A program made the position numbers and the translations under genes. Shown here piece by piece: positions 51,533 through 64,000 of a stretch of 64,000 bases of DNA. The notes beneath the pieces are model-generated. The model did not search any database and had not been told where the DNA came from. It saw only the letters and a list, made by a program, of their open reading frames with translations. The first letter of the stretch is position 1. Every line of letters starts with the position of its first letter. Source of the DNA: Eledone cirrhosa (Eukaryota); assembly GCA_964016885.1 (NCBI GenBank), contig OZ024752.1:5456001-5520000 (forward strand), given 5' to 3'.

Positions 51533-51982
51533 CCTCTCAGGAATAAGTGGACAAAGAAGAAAAAGATACAATATAGTAGTTGGAGGTGGCACCAATATGA
51601 CAACTAAAGCTAAAGAGATATTGTATTAGTGGTCATTGTTGTCGTCCTGGTGGTAGTAGTAGTAGTAGTTGTCACAGTGGTAGTTGTTGTCATCATGGTG
51701 GTATGGTGATAGTGGTAGTTGTTATTGCCATGGTTACTGTTGCCACTGATAGCGCTGTAGGTATTGTCATGATTGTCACAGTTGTCATAGCTGTCAATAC
51801 TGTAGCTAGTGCACTGTCTACTCCCCAACACACTCCCCAAGCCACTCTCACCACAACATCATTAAACCAAGTCCAATTTGCCCTCACACAGTGTAACCAC
51901 TTGTAAGAAAGACACCTGCTATCTATGTGTGCATCTGAATGGTGTGTCTTAGAGAAAAACAGATTTGATTTTTGACATCTGT

Positions 51983-52240
51983 ATCATCATCATCATCATC
52001 ATTTTACGTCCGCTTTTCCCTGCTTGCAAGGGTGGGACAGGAACTGATTCTGGCTTGATTTCTACAGCTGTATGCCCTTCCTTACACCAACCTCATTTAC
52101 AGTGAGTGCTGGGTGCTTTTTTTGGCGTTGCGCCTCCACGACCACTTTGCAGTGGAATGATAGGGACCTCAGTCCCTATCATCTCATTTCTACAGCTGAG
52201 TAACCTGGAGCAATGTGAAATAAAGTGTCTTGCTCAAGGA
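51983..52240 (-). mobile_element. Family B composite SINE (head truncated)
   Basis: Reverse complement of 43255-43508. Confidence 0.9.
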
Positions 52241-53389
52241 AAAGAGGAATGTTTTTAGTTATTAGTAATCAAAAAATATAATTTGCTAATAGAAATAACT
52301 CAACTTCAAGATCTCCAAAATTGAATGTCTTTAGAAGCCCCCATCATTTCTATCAACAAAAATATCCATTAATGCGCAAAGTGAAATGGTGACAGATAAC
52401 CAATCAGATTAGTGATTTTTTTTTTCTTCTGCCTGTTTTCCAATTTCATATTGTTAAAGTGTGTATGACTTTTCAATGCAGTGTGGTTTAGTGGTGAGAG
52501 TATTCGGCTTATAATCAAAAGGTTGTGAGTTTGATTCCTGGTGGCGCGTTGTTTTCATTGTCAGTCAAAACACTATTTTCTTCTTTCAATTTTGTATTGT
52601 TAATGTGTGTATGACTTTTCATTACAAAGTGACATAGTTGTAAGGTTATTCAGCTCACATTCACAAGGTAGTGGGTTTGATTCCTAGCAGTGTATTATGT
52701 CCTTAAGCAAGACATTTTATTTTGCATTGCTCCAGTTCACTTTCCATAGAAACCACCTTGAGGATGATTGACAATTCATGGGAACAGTCCACAGGGGAAT
52801 AAGTAATAGGAGTGAGGCATGGAGGAGACATGGTCTGACATAGAATAAAAACATTAAAAGACATTCTATCGTAAAAATTGTCCAGTAATGAAGGCCTTCA
52901 AGGAAGACCTTACTGAAAAAAAAAGAAAAGAATTCCTTTCATGTATAAATCTGGATACTTGCACCCCTAATAAATCAGTTTTACCTTACTATTTTTTTTT
53001 TCTTAAATAGCTTTTCCATGTTCTTATCCAACTCATCATATAAACAAAATAAAGTCAGTTTTGGTGAAATCTCCACCACAATAAGTAACAGGAGATGAGG
53101 CATGGGGGAGACATGGAATAAAAAAATGTTGAAAGAAAGGCAATAATGGGCTACTCTGCTAATATATTGAGTACTCTGCTAGTATATTGAGTACTTTTCT
53201 GATTTGTGGTCTTCCTGGTACCCATGCTAGCGTGGAAGATGGACATATGATGATGATGATGATGACGGTAAATAAAAAAGTATCTGCATTTTCACCGGTC
53301 AGGTGTGTCAGGGGCTGAAATTCATCGGAGGCTTTAATAACACAATAAGTAATATGTGTATGAACAACAGAATAAGGGAGCACACCAGT

Positions 53390-54245
53390 CAGATAGATTT
53401 TATCCTTACCAGAAAACGAGACAGACTAAGTGTTGTAAACTGAGAAGCTAGGTGACAGGTATACTTCGCAAGAAAGGAAGCAGAAGATAAAAAGTTTAAG
53501 CATGTTCTGTGTTCTGAAATGAGAGGACCATAGGTGGAAGGTGTTCAGGATAGCAAGACAATGTGTCAAAGAAAATTGTGATATTGCTGGGGAGAAGTGT
53601 GTCTGTGATAATAATGGTGTACTTGCCCTCAGTTATGCTGAAAAGAAAGCAGCATGGAAGTGCCATGATGAAAGATTACTAAATGAGGAGAATGGATGGG
53701 ATAAAGATAGTTTGCCCCAAATTGACCCAACAGAGGGACCAGCTGTGAAAGTTAGTAGTAGTATAGTAAGTAAGGCAACCAAAGATGTGAAGACAAGCAA
53801 GGCAGCTGGTGTCGGGGACAGTTGCTGAGATGCTGACAGCGTCTGGAATGGTGGGACACACGATAGTCATACGTATAGTAAACCAAGTAATACAAAATGG
53901 GGTTATACCAAATGACTGGCGTAGCAGTATCATTGTCAACTGCTACAAAGGCAAAGGAGACGCTCTAGACAGAGAAAACTATACAGGCATCAAATTGGTT
54001 GACCTGGTCATGAAGGTCACAGGAAGTGTTATTGCGCAGCTGATTAGGGATCAAATAAAACTTGATGAAATACAATTTGGATTTTTGCCAGGGAAAAGTA
54101 CCACAGATGCTCTTCCTCATAAGGCAACTGCAAGAGAAGTACCTAGCTAAAAGTAAACCCCTCTACTTAGCTTTGGACAGAGTCCCCCATACCATTATCT
54201 GGTGGGCTCTTAGAAATCTAGGAGTAGATGAGTGGCTTGTGATTC
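53390..54245 (+). mobile_element. RTE fragment (linker to RT)
   Basis: FRIARQ..WKCH.ERLLNEEN..IPNDWRSSIIVNCYKGKGDA..QFGFLPGKST. Confidence 0.9.
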
Positions 54246-54330
54246 ACAATAACAAACCAGTAAGTTAAGCGAGCTGAAACATTGTAGATAAATGTATGTT
54301 ATTTTAATGGTAGATATTTGAACCACTTAA

Positions 54331-54538
54331 CCCTTTAGCATTTACATTACTCTATATTTACTATTATATTTCCATGGTAAAGTCTTTACCTCACATAATA
54401 TGGAATCTATGAGATTTTGATATTATTCATTTTGAAAACAATACCTTAACATCATTAAGAGTAGCTGGTTACAGCCAGTTTAAACAGAAAGAGATGAGAG
54501 AATTCTGGCCGGACATGGCTGATTTAAATGCTAAAGGG
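54331..54538. mobile_element. piggyBac-like MITE
   Basis: 14-bp TIR CCCTTTAGCATTTA / TAAATGCTAAAGGG, flanked by TTAA and TGAA. Confidence 0.8.
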
Positions 54539-54844
54539 TGAAGGGTAAAAAGTAAATGAACATTCCAGTTGTTCAACCAACAGCCTACTTAACATAATTC
54601 TACTCTCAACATAATGCAGTGTGATGTTGGTGACCCTTTTAATTACACATACAGTCCACCTAACATGTTTCCAAACAGTTTCTGTCAACCCAATTTTATT
54701 CAAAGCTTGGTCCAACCCAAGATAATGGTAAAAGATATTTACTCAAGATGCCATACAGTAGGATTGAACCTGGGACCTATTGAATGTGAAATGAACTTCT
54801 TAATCCATTCATTTAGAGGTAAAATAATAAAGAAATAATTTCAA

Positions 54845-55200
54845 AAAGCCCCATGCACAACACAATCCTTCCAACTGTGTGCCTTAAAATCTTTAGTTCC
54901 TTAGCAATGGTACTAATTGACTTTCTAGGGTTCTTATCAATAATTTTCTGCACCTTTTGTACACATTTGGGTGTCTTGATGGTATTAAGACCTGTAGCAT
55001 GTTTTACATTTGGCTATTGCTTTAAAATCTGTCAGTGGCTTCCAGCTCTTTGCAAACTTTGACCACAAACGACCATCTAACTTTCAGGAAGCGAGCAATC
55101 TCTAAATTACTACACTGCCTCTAAGGCAACTACAGCATGTCTTTTTATTTACTGGGTTAGCTTGATGTCTGTCATCATTGATCTGAAAAGAAATGTTAAT
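54845..55200 (-). mobile_element. Tc1-like transposase N-terminal relic
   Basis: KTPKCVQKVQKIIDKNPRKSISTIAKELKI, an HTH-like segment. Confidence 0.6.
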
Positions 55201-56297
55201 CAGAGCATGTTATAAAAAAGTGTGTCCTCAAAACTGAGCAGCCCTGTGTTATATTCAAACCTTTGATGTATAGAGTGCAGGCAGATTTTGACATCAAGTT
55301 TTGGGGTAAAAAGGGTGCATCTTATACACTAGAAAATATGGTTTTCTAATGATAGAGGCCCCAGTCTTATCACTTTGGTTTATTAAAAAAAAAATTCCAA
55401 TACAATTCATTCTTGTACACAAAACAAACATAAAATAGAAAATAAATGAAACAAATATTTTTTCTTTCTAAAGTGCAAACTTACATTCCAGACATAAATG
55501 AGATCATTGAAATGTAAAAAAAAAAAATAAAAAAAAATTTTTTTTTCAAAAAATGTGAAATACTGAAAAAGCAAATACTATCTCTTCCATAACGTAGATT
55601 CTTTAACTTAAAGGAAAGTCATCTATTTTATACATTACTAACATTCTTAACTGTTTCTTTAAAACATATTGAGAACTTTTAAACATCTGGTCTCCTCTTT
55701 TTCTTAACCATTTCATGACCATATTTTGAATGAAAAACTTTGTATTTCAATCAATCAATGAAAAGTTTGGAGGGATTTACTAAAATTATTTCATTATAAG
55801 GATGGTATTTGTAACATTAAATAAGAACCCATTAAAATGGGTGGTTTTGTTTTGTAGAAACTGAAACAATTTTGGATGGGGATTAGACACATTAATAAAT
55901 CTGGTAAAATTTACCTTGTTCACCCTAACTCTGGTGTACAAAACAAAAACTATCCATTATAGCCCTTTAGCATTTACATTACTTTATATTTACTATTGCA
56001 TTTTCATGGCAAACACTTTACTGTGAAAATACAATAGTAAATATTGTTTTCTGAGGGCCCACCATATTATGGGTCGAGGGACTCTGTCAAAAGCTTTCTC
56101 TAGGTCTACGAATGCTAGGTAGAGCGGCTTGCTTTTAGCCAGGTACTTCTGCATTTATCTCAAAGGAGGCGTCAGTGATGCTTTTACTCGGTACAAATCC
56201 AAACTGCATTTCATCTAGGTCTATACGATCTCTTATCAGTTGTGCTATGACTCTTTCTGTAACTCTCATGACCTGGCCAGTCAGCTTTATGCTGCTG

Positions 56298-56345
<48 letters not shown>

Positions 56346-56460
56346 TTGATATCAGTATTGCAGCATATGTACAAACTTTATTTGCATATTACAATTGTTT
56401 CCATATTGATTAGCTGAGGGTATAATCAGTTTAAATGTGTCATTGTACATACATATAACC

Positions 56461-56553
56461 TTGCATATCTGATGAGATGTCGAAAAATAGTCGGGCTCCC
56501 TCACCTTGATTATACCCTCAGCTAATCAATATTGAAACAATTGTTATATGCAA
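56461..56553 (+). ncRNA. Type I hammerhead ribozyme with extended stem II (Penelope pLTR-like)
   Basis: TTGCATAT-CTGATGA-[GATGTCGA...TCAATATT]-GAAA-CAATTG-TT/ATATGCAA. Perfect 8-bp stem I. AATAAA at 56553-56558. Confidence 0.8.
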
Positions 56554-56814
56554 ATAAAGTTTGTACATATGCTGCAATACTGACATCAACTCTTTTACCC
56601 CCCCCCCCCCTCTCTATCTCTCTCTCTATATATATAAAGATGTGTGATAGATAATCATGTATTGCATATGATTGAACAATATATATTGTAGTCAGCATAT
56701 GTAGACTACTATAATAGACACAGAAACATATGTTAAAGTCTATAAATTCTTTCTCTTTTTTCTCGCCAAAGTCTATATTTTTCTTGGTGTAACACTTGCT
56801 TATATATATATATA

Positions 56815-57428
56815 TCATCATCATCATTTTACGTCCACTTTTCCCTGCTTGAAGGGTGGGACGGGTCCTATTCAGCACAGCATCTCTCCACTTGTCACGG
56901 TCCTTCGTCACCTCCTCTGTGAGCTTCAGCGATCTGAGGTCTGCTCTCACCACCTCCGCCCATGTTTTTCGTGATCTTCCTTCTACTGGGATTTCTTGGC
57001 ACTTCTTTACTCAGCAGTCATCCTCCATGCGCAACACATGTCCATACCATTGCAGTCTTCTCTCCCGCACAATACAACTTATCCCTCTTATACACAGTTT
57101 CTCTCTCAACTCATCTATGCTTGGTCGTTCACACACATTGACATTGCACAACCAACGGAGCATACGTGCTTCATTTCTCTCCAGCCATCGCATATCCTCT
57201 GCAGTTGCTACCCATGTCTCACTACCATGCAGCATCGCACATCTCACACAGGCATCATATAACCGGCCTTTTGTAAACAGGGAGAAACCCTTCTTTGTCA
57301 ACAGAGGAAGCAGCTCCCTAAACTTCTTCCAACCCATCCTTATTCTAGATACTATGGCCTCGGAACCCCCCCGCCATCCCATGCTAATCTGATCACCTAG
57401 GTACCAGAAGCTATCAACCACTTCTATA
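56815..57428 (-). mobile_element. RTE 3' fragment
   Basis: VVDSFWYLGD..WKKFRELLPLL..MLHGSETW, with a (tga)n tail. Confidence 0.92.
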
Positions 57429-57440
57429 TATATATATATA

Positions 57441-58330
57441 ATCCTAATGCTCCTATTACCACAGGGATAGTGTTTGTGGTCATCCTCCACATGCGGTTGA
57501 TCCCTATTTCCAGGTCTTTGTATTTTGACAGTTTTTCCATTGTTTTTATAGATGTATTCAAGTCAGCTGGTATGGATATATCTATAAGGCTACATGTCTG
57601 GTCCGTTTTGTTTTTTATCATGATATCTGGTCTGTTGGCAGCAATTTCTCGGTTGGTTATCACAGGCATATCCCACAAGATGGATATGTTGCCTTTTTCA
57701 TGACTATTTTTGGTTGATGTTCATACCATGTTAGAAGTTTGGATGTCATGGGAGCAGCAGAGCATCGAGTGCACATATTTGCCAATGCGGTAGTGTCTTT
57801 CGATATAGTCAGTTTTTGCCAGTTCTGGACACCCGGAGAGAACATGGTCTACCATTTCTTCATGTTTGTAGCATATTCTTCATAGAGGGCTAGTCCCAAC
57901 TTTCACTATTCTGTGTCTATAGACCTGAGTGTTTAGAGATTGATCTTGTGCAGCAACTAAGAGTCCCTCAGTCTCTGCTTTTAAGAGTCCCTCAGTCTCT
58001 GCTTTCAAACCAGCACTTCTGAGCCAGGATAGTGAGCCATACTGATCGATATCATTATCAGAAAGTCATTCTGGGAATCTACCATGTAGTGGTTTTGCCT
58101 TCCATTCACAGTTTAGTTCCTCTATTTGGAATTTCTTTGCTTTGATCTTCGCAGTCATAGCTAGCCGTGCAACACTCTGTTGTTGATTTTCTATGGGTAT
58201 CTCTTGTTCCAGGTTCAGTTTTTGCCTAAATTTTCTTGCCTCTTTTGTTATTGAGTCTAGTTTCTTAATTCATTCATGCTTGAGTACAGGCATAAGCAGT
58301 TCATCTCTGGTGTGGTGGAGGTAGCTATCT
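57441..58330 (-). mobile_element. R4/Dong-like RLE non-LTR retrotransposon 3' fragment
   Basis: LKAETEGLLVAAQDQSL..HVLSGCPELAKTDYIERH..WDMPVITNREIAANRPDIMI..IDISIP..EKLSKYKDL..PVVIGALG. Confidence 0.88.
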
Positions 58331-58819
58331 ACTTCATAGTGAGAGCTGGGCACTTAATGTTGAGGCTTCAGGGGACAACTTTATGGTGAGGGTTGGGGAC
58401 TTGGATGGGGTGGGGAAGAAGCCTGTGGAATTGGGGACATGGGTATAGGGGTGGGATGATTACAGCAAGGGAGGTGGATGGGAAGGGAGGTGGTAGGGGA
58501 AGGTGCTGTCTACTAGATATATGCCTCAGCTCGAGCATATGGGAGGACGGGTCTTCTGTAATAATGTATAGCGCCACGGAACATGGTCCTCATATATAAG
58601 ATGTATATATATGAGAGAGACGTATAATGAGTACTGAGGTGTAAATGAAAATTAAAGAAGCAGAAAGAAGAATGTATAGTTTCTCAATGAATCAAAAAAC
58701 AGTTGATATTACTAATAAAGCACACAGGCATGGATGTAGCCTGCCATAAAAACAGTCAGTCTGACAAAAGTTTATCTAGCATGAATTGGTGTTTAAATGC
58801 TTCACATTCCAAGTAAAAC

Positions 58820-59300
58820 ACAGATATAGAGTTCTGAATTGCAAGGCAATGTGTCAGTGTAAATAGTGATGTTGGGGAAAAGTATGTTAGAAACAACAAT
58901 GTATTTAGCACCACTGATGTTCAAAAGAAAGAGGCATAGAAATGTTACTATAAGAGACTGATTAATGCAGAGAATGAATGGTAGGAAGAGAAACTACCCC
59001 TAACTAACCCAATAAAAGGGCCAGCCATAGTAGTTGTCAGTTATAGGGTTAAAGAAGCAATCAAAGAGTTGAAAAATGATAAAGATGCGGGACCATCAGA
59101 GATAACTACTGAAATGCTAAAGGTATTGGGAGTAGGAGTCAAACTAGTAACCCATATAGTCAATCAGGTAATACTGCCACAGCAGTACAATCGTAAAATG
59201 CTACAGGGGTAAAGGTGATGCTCTAGAGAGAGAACAACTATAGAGGAATAAAACTAATGGACCAAGTTATGAAAGTGATGGAAAGAGTTATAGTGCAACT
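58820..59300 (+). mobile_element. Decayed RTE fragment
   Basis: CYRGKGDAL..NYRGIKLMDQVMKV. Confidence 0.85.
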
Positions 59301-61197
59301 ATAAATTGGGGATATTTAAAGGATGGGGACGTTGTGTGACTGTGGCATCGAACCACAGACTATGCAGCACCTCCTGATATGGCCTCTGCTGAACACCCCT
59401 GCACAGCATTGGACTTGGCAGAGTTTAATGAGAAAGGACAGCAATGAATTCAGCTGTGGCGGAACCACATCTAGCCAAGCTTAGTAACTGACACTCTTGT
59501 GGACACGACAAGAAGAAGCTAAACCTACATGGGTAACAATAACACTTATACATACACCCAATTTTTAAGTACATACAACACCTGAATAGGATTAAATTAG
59601 CAGAGCAACAAGAAAACACCAAAAGCCCAGCACAAACATTACAGAAACTCAGGTCATTATTCTGTAAAAACAAATAAACCACAGTACTAATTCTACTACT
59701 ACATACTAAACACAACATACTTATGTGCCACAAATCTTTTAAACAATAACTGGCTCTATATAAAAAAAACATGCACACACATAATCAAAAACTGCACCTT
59801 ACACACACACAATACAAAAAGAAACCACACACTCACTCACTCAGCATGAAATAGCTACACACACACAGAGTTTTGAAAGAAGTTACATGCACTCACTATT
59901 AAAAGAAATGACACACACACACAGCCATTGATTTTCTATACATCAATGCAAAATCTAAAATAGAACTATGATAGAAGCAATATGGTTTATATCTGCTTAA
60001 CTCACATTCAAATATAATGACACCATTTTTAGTAAGACTACCAACCTTTTCTCACTTTACAAACCCCTAAAGAACCCTTAAATTTGATATTTCATGATGT
60101 CAAGATATTAGAGAGACTTGTAAAAAACTTAAACTTTCATGTTACAAACCTCAAATATCATTAAGAGTCTTAAACTTGATAATTAAACAACCCCCAAATA
60201 ATACTGAGAGTCTTATAGAGAACTCTTGAACTTGATATTACATGATATAAACCCCAAATATTACCAAGAGACTCCAATCTAATAATTCACAACATGAACT
60301 GTAAGTATTACTGAGAAACTTATAAAGAACCCTTAAATTTGGTATTTCACTTAATGAACCCCAAATATCACTGACAGATTTAAAAATACTATATCATTTC
60401 ATAAACAAATAACATTAAAGTTAAAACTTTAGAATATTACAAATAATGTCATGAAGAACTGTGAAACTTTACTGACAAATCTTGTGAGGTACATTTAACA
60501 GCATTGGACCTGTATATTATATCTCTGGGGCCCATTGTTGCTCCAAGATCTTCTGCCAAGTTAGCCAGGGGCTGCATGCACCACTGAATTAGACAAATCA
60601 CAACACTATATAACGACGGTGACAACAGTGATAAAAAGAAACCCACTTTTACTATTATATCTAGCCTATAAAATAAATGTTCTTAACACCTAATCTGGTG
60701 GTTTCCTAACTTTTTTTACTCATGGTACACTTTAGAAGTAATCATATTTTGGCGCTCTTTGATATATAAATTCCAAAATGTATTCAAATGAGGTATTTAT
60801 ACATATTAGCATAGCATAAAGTCGAAATATACACAATTAAAAGTATAGAACCAAGTATAAATGTACCAAAGTGATCAAACGGGTTCGATGTTGTTTTTTT
60901 TTGTTTTGTTTTCTTTTAGCAATGTTTTCAATCTTAGTTTAGTTGTTAAATTTCACTCTGTTATGAAGTTCAATGTGTATTTTTCACATTTTGAAATAGA
61001 ATATTATGATTGCGCTTACACCGCGAATGATGACAGAATTTGGAAATCATCTAACTGAAATGAAAATGGTTTGTTAGTCCAAGGGAGATAATTCATGCTA
61101 AACAACAAAACCGCTATCAATGCGTAGCTAATTCAACAACAAATATACATATTCACATACCATATATATTTTTTTTTAACACACACACACACATATA

Positions 61198-62074
61198 TCT
61201 ATATATTACTAAAACTCTGCGATAGCTGCCTTGATTGTCTGTAATGTAATGTAATACAGCCAAAAGCGCGCATAATGGGAAAATACTTTGAAAGGAAGTT
61301 GACCCTGAAATGTGAATACAAATGAAATAAAACAAGTTTCGTGTAAATTGGACCACGGGTTCGTGAGATATGCGGTTTTTCTGGGTACCTTCATGAACAG
61401 AGAGAGAAAGAGAGAGAGAGAAAGAGAGATAGAGCTGGTGGTGGTGTTGTGTGTATATGTGTGTGTGTGTGTGTATATATATATATGTGTGTGTGTGTGT
61501 GTGCCTATGACCAGTGTATATAGATCACAGACACATACATACATATACACACACGTATATATATGGGCCTTCCAGTTTCATTTCACATTATATACATGTC
61601 TGTGTATATTTCGATTATTTAAAAATTATTTCTAAGTGAACATGATTTTAAAAAAATATTATATGTCAACGGGTCACAGGTGGTCTAGTATACTACTAAA
61701 ACTCTGTGATGGTGTGCTTGTCTGTAATTTAATACAGCCAAAACGGTGCATAATGGGAAATACTTTGAAAGGAAGTTGCCCCTGAAATGGGAATACAAAT
61801 GGAATAAAACAGGTTTCACGTAAATCGAAGCATGGGGTCCCGAGATACGGGTTTTTCCCGGTACCTTCATAGATTGAAAGAGATAGTGGTTGTGAGAGAG
61901 CAGATTGAAAGAGAGACAGAGAAGGAAAGTGGAGAGAGAGCTGGTGGCGTTGTTGAATGAAATATGTGTGTGGGGGTGGGTGTATATATATATATATATA
62001 TATGCCTGTGCCTATTTTAATTATGTAAAAATTATTTTTAAGTGAACTGACCCAATGGGTCACGGGTGGTGTAG
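61198..62074 (+). mobile_element. Two head-to-tail Helitron-like elements (61198-61688, 61689-62074)
   Basis: Both start ta(t/c)tactaaaactctg and end gggtcac.ggtggt(c/g)tag|t. Internal blocks are homologous. Confidence 0.75.
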
Positions 62075-62077
62075 TAA

Positions 62078-62109
<32 letters not shown>

Positions 62110-62384
62110 ACGTATGCATACTTACATTTATGTATCAGCTGCGTTAGGGCAAGAAATAAAATTCTAATTTATTTATATATATATAATTAAAATTCTAATT
62201 TTATTTATATATATATATATATAAATAAAATTAGAATTTTATTTCTTTTCCTAGGATAGCTGATACATAAATATAAGTATGCATACATACACACACACAC
62301 ACATATATATATACATATGGGTTATATCAAAAAAGTAAAATACTATACATTTTTAACAGTTCAACACAATGGCAGGGGGGGTAT

Positions 62385-62427
62385 ACAGTCCTGATGAAGG
62401 GTAATGACCCAGAAACATGTTGATTGT
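62385..62427 (+). ncRNA. Minimal type I hammerhead ribozyme
   Basis: ACAGTC-CTGATGA-AGGGTAATGACCCA-GAAA-CATG-TT/GATTGT. Stem III is the palindrome AACATGTT. Confidence 0.7.
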
Positions 62428-62699
62428 TCCTCAAAGTCAGTGTTCAACAAACAAGTGATGATCGGCCATTGGCACTGCACAGCTTCAAAATGGGCCGTTT
62501 GTTTACAAACGAATTGAACATTATTATCAATGTTCGATATACATACATACGTATATGTATATGTGTGTGTGTGTATGTATAGAGAGAGAGAGGGGGGGGG
62601 GGGTAATGTGCAGCTAGTGTAGGTTCACCCGAGTGAGCACTCAATGCAGTTTCCAGTCTGTAAAAAGGTGTAGAACTAAGCAGAGTGTAAATAAAATTA

Positions 62700-63032
62700 C
62701 ATGGCTTAGTGGTTAGAGCATTGGCCTTGCAATCGACAGGTTGTGAGTTCAATTCTCAGACCGAGTGATGTGTTGTTTCCTTGAGCAAGACACTTTATTT
62801 CACATTGCTCCAGTTTACTCAGCTGTAGAAATGAGATGATAGGGAGTGGGATCCCTATCATTCCACTATAAAGTGGTCGTGGAGGTGTCACAGCAAAAAA
62901 GCACCCACCACTCACTGTAAATGAGGTTGGTGTTAGGAAGGGCATCCAGCTGTAGAAATCAAGCCAGAATCAGTTCCCGTCCCACCCTTGCAAGCAGGGA
63001 AAAGCGGACGTAAAATGATGATGATGAAGATG
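62700..63032 (+). mobile_element. Family B composite SINE, full length
   Basis: Same modules as 43186-43508. Confidence 0.92.
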
Positions 63033-63232
63033 NNNNNNNNNNNNNNNNNNNNNNNNNNNNNNNNNNNNNNNNNNNNNNNNNNNNNNNNNNNNNNNNNNNN
63101 NNNNNNNNNNNNNNNNNNNNNNNNNNNNNNNNNNNNNNNNNNNNNNNNNNNNNNNNNNNNNNNNNNNNNNNNNNNNNNNNNNNNNNNNNNNNNNNNNNNN
63201 NNNNNNNNNNNNNNNNNNNNNNNNNNNNNNNN
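63033..63232. other. Assembly gap (200 N)
   Basis: Run of n. Confidence 1.
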
Positions 63233-63338
63233 GGGAGATACGGAAACTAAAACAGTGTTGTCATATAGAGAGTGAAGAGCGACAGAGAGAGTAAAGCAGT
63301 TAAATTATAGAGAGGGGGAATGATCATACATACATACA

Positions 63339-63900
63339 TGGTGGCTGCCAAGTCGTTTTCGAGTACGGCCACTACTTTATATCCATGTAGGAGAACCCCT
63401 ACCGATGCGCTGAACGAGTGTGACTTTTTAGTCCAGCCAGCTACTTGAAAACTCTGGTACAAACACTACACTTGTGACAATTATTGACACATAGTGCTGG
63501 GCCCATGGTACCATGTGACGACAAGTGCAGAGGGATCTCCAGATATAAAGCAATGCCTGTGCCGTGAAGCTTTTATAGTGAGCAAAGGCACTGCACAAAG
63601 CCAGTCCCACTCTCTTAACCAAGATGATATTTATCAAAAAGAAGAACAAGTCAACATCATTGGATACCATCAGGGTTGCAGGTGTTGTATCAGAGTTTTC
63701 CTTCTCCTAGAATTCTGCCTTGACAAAGGCTAAGGGGTCATCTCTCCCGGTGCTTTTGGATGGCCATTGACTCTTAAGAGCTCCTTTGCCCTTTGACAGT
63801 ACAACCTGTCTCATGGTCGGGTTGTTGGCGACTAAGCTGGCAACCCCACCAAGGTTTCTTGGTGAGGAGGGTGACTTTGGACATCCTGCAGGACTAAAAA
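63339..63900 (-). mobile_element. Internally deleted RTE derivative, copy 2, with inverted 5' block (63796-63900 on plus)
   Basis: Collinear with 991-1380 and 3688-3937. The last about 100 bp match 1390-1488 in the opposite relative orientation. Confidence 0.65.
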
Positions 63901-64000
63901 CATACATATAAAGTATAGATATGTGTGTGTGTGTTTGTGTGTGTGTGTATGTGCATGTGTGTGTCTGTGTTTTGTTTTGATGTTATATTGTGTGTGTGTG

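Noticed and set aside
47969-51607. ORFs of 1050-1208 aa on minus and several on plus
   Set aside because: They are translations of a 45/46-bp satellite, with frame switches at 1-bp indels and no frame preference.
51610-51906. Thr/Val-rich ORFs
   Set aside because: Degenerate trinucleotide low-complexity tract.

Overview
AT-rich, repeat-dense animal DNA. The SINE/RTE/microsatellite complement suggests an octopus-like cephalopod, but that is an inference. The one recognisable host gene is a minus-strand KIAA2013 (DUF2152-family) homolog that I spliced by hand: 14 phase-compatible GT-AG coding exons from 39115 down to a TGA at 7025-7027 (1771 nt, about 589 codons). The first coding exon is unresolved, with candidates at 42848-42900 and 47180-47224. 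Most ORF-track entries are microsatellite, satellite or transposon artefacts. Introns and flanks hold RTE, CRE, R4/Dong and L1/Tx1 LINE fragments, two tRNA-SINE families, Helitron-like elements, Tc1/mariner and piggyBac-like relics, and four satellites (28, 29, 45, 50 bp). The most interesting unannotated layer is self-cleaving-RNA-like sequence. There are three Penelope-type hammerhead motifs with palindromic stem III (1814-1855, 56461-56553, 62385-62427). There is also a short internally deleted RTE derivative whose 5' part resembles an HDV-like ribozyme. None of this was computed or database-checked.
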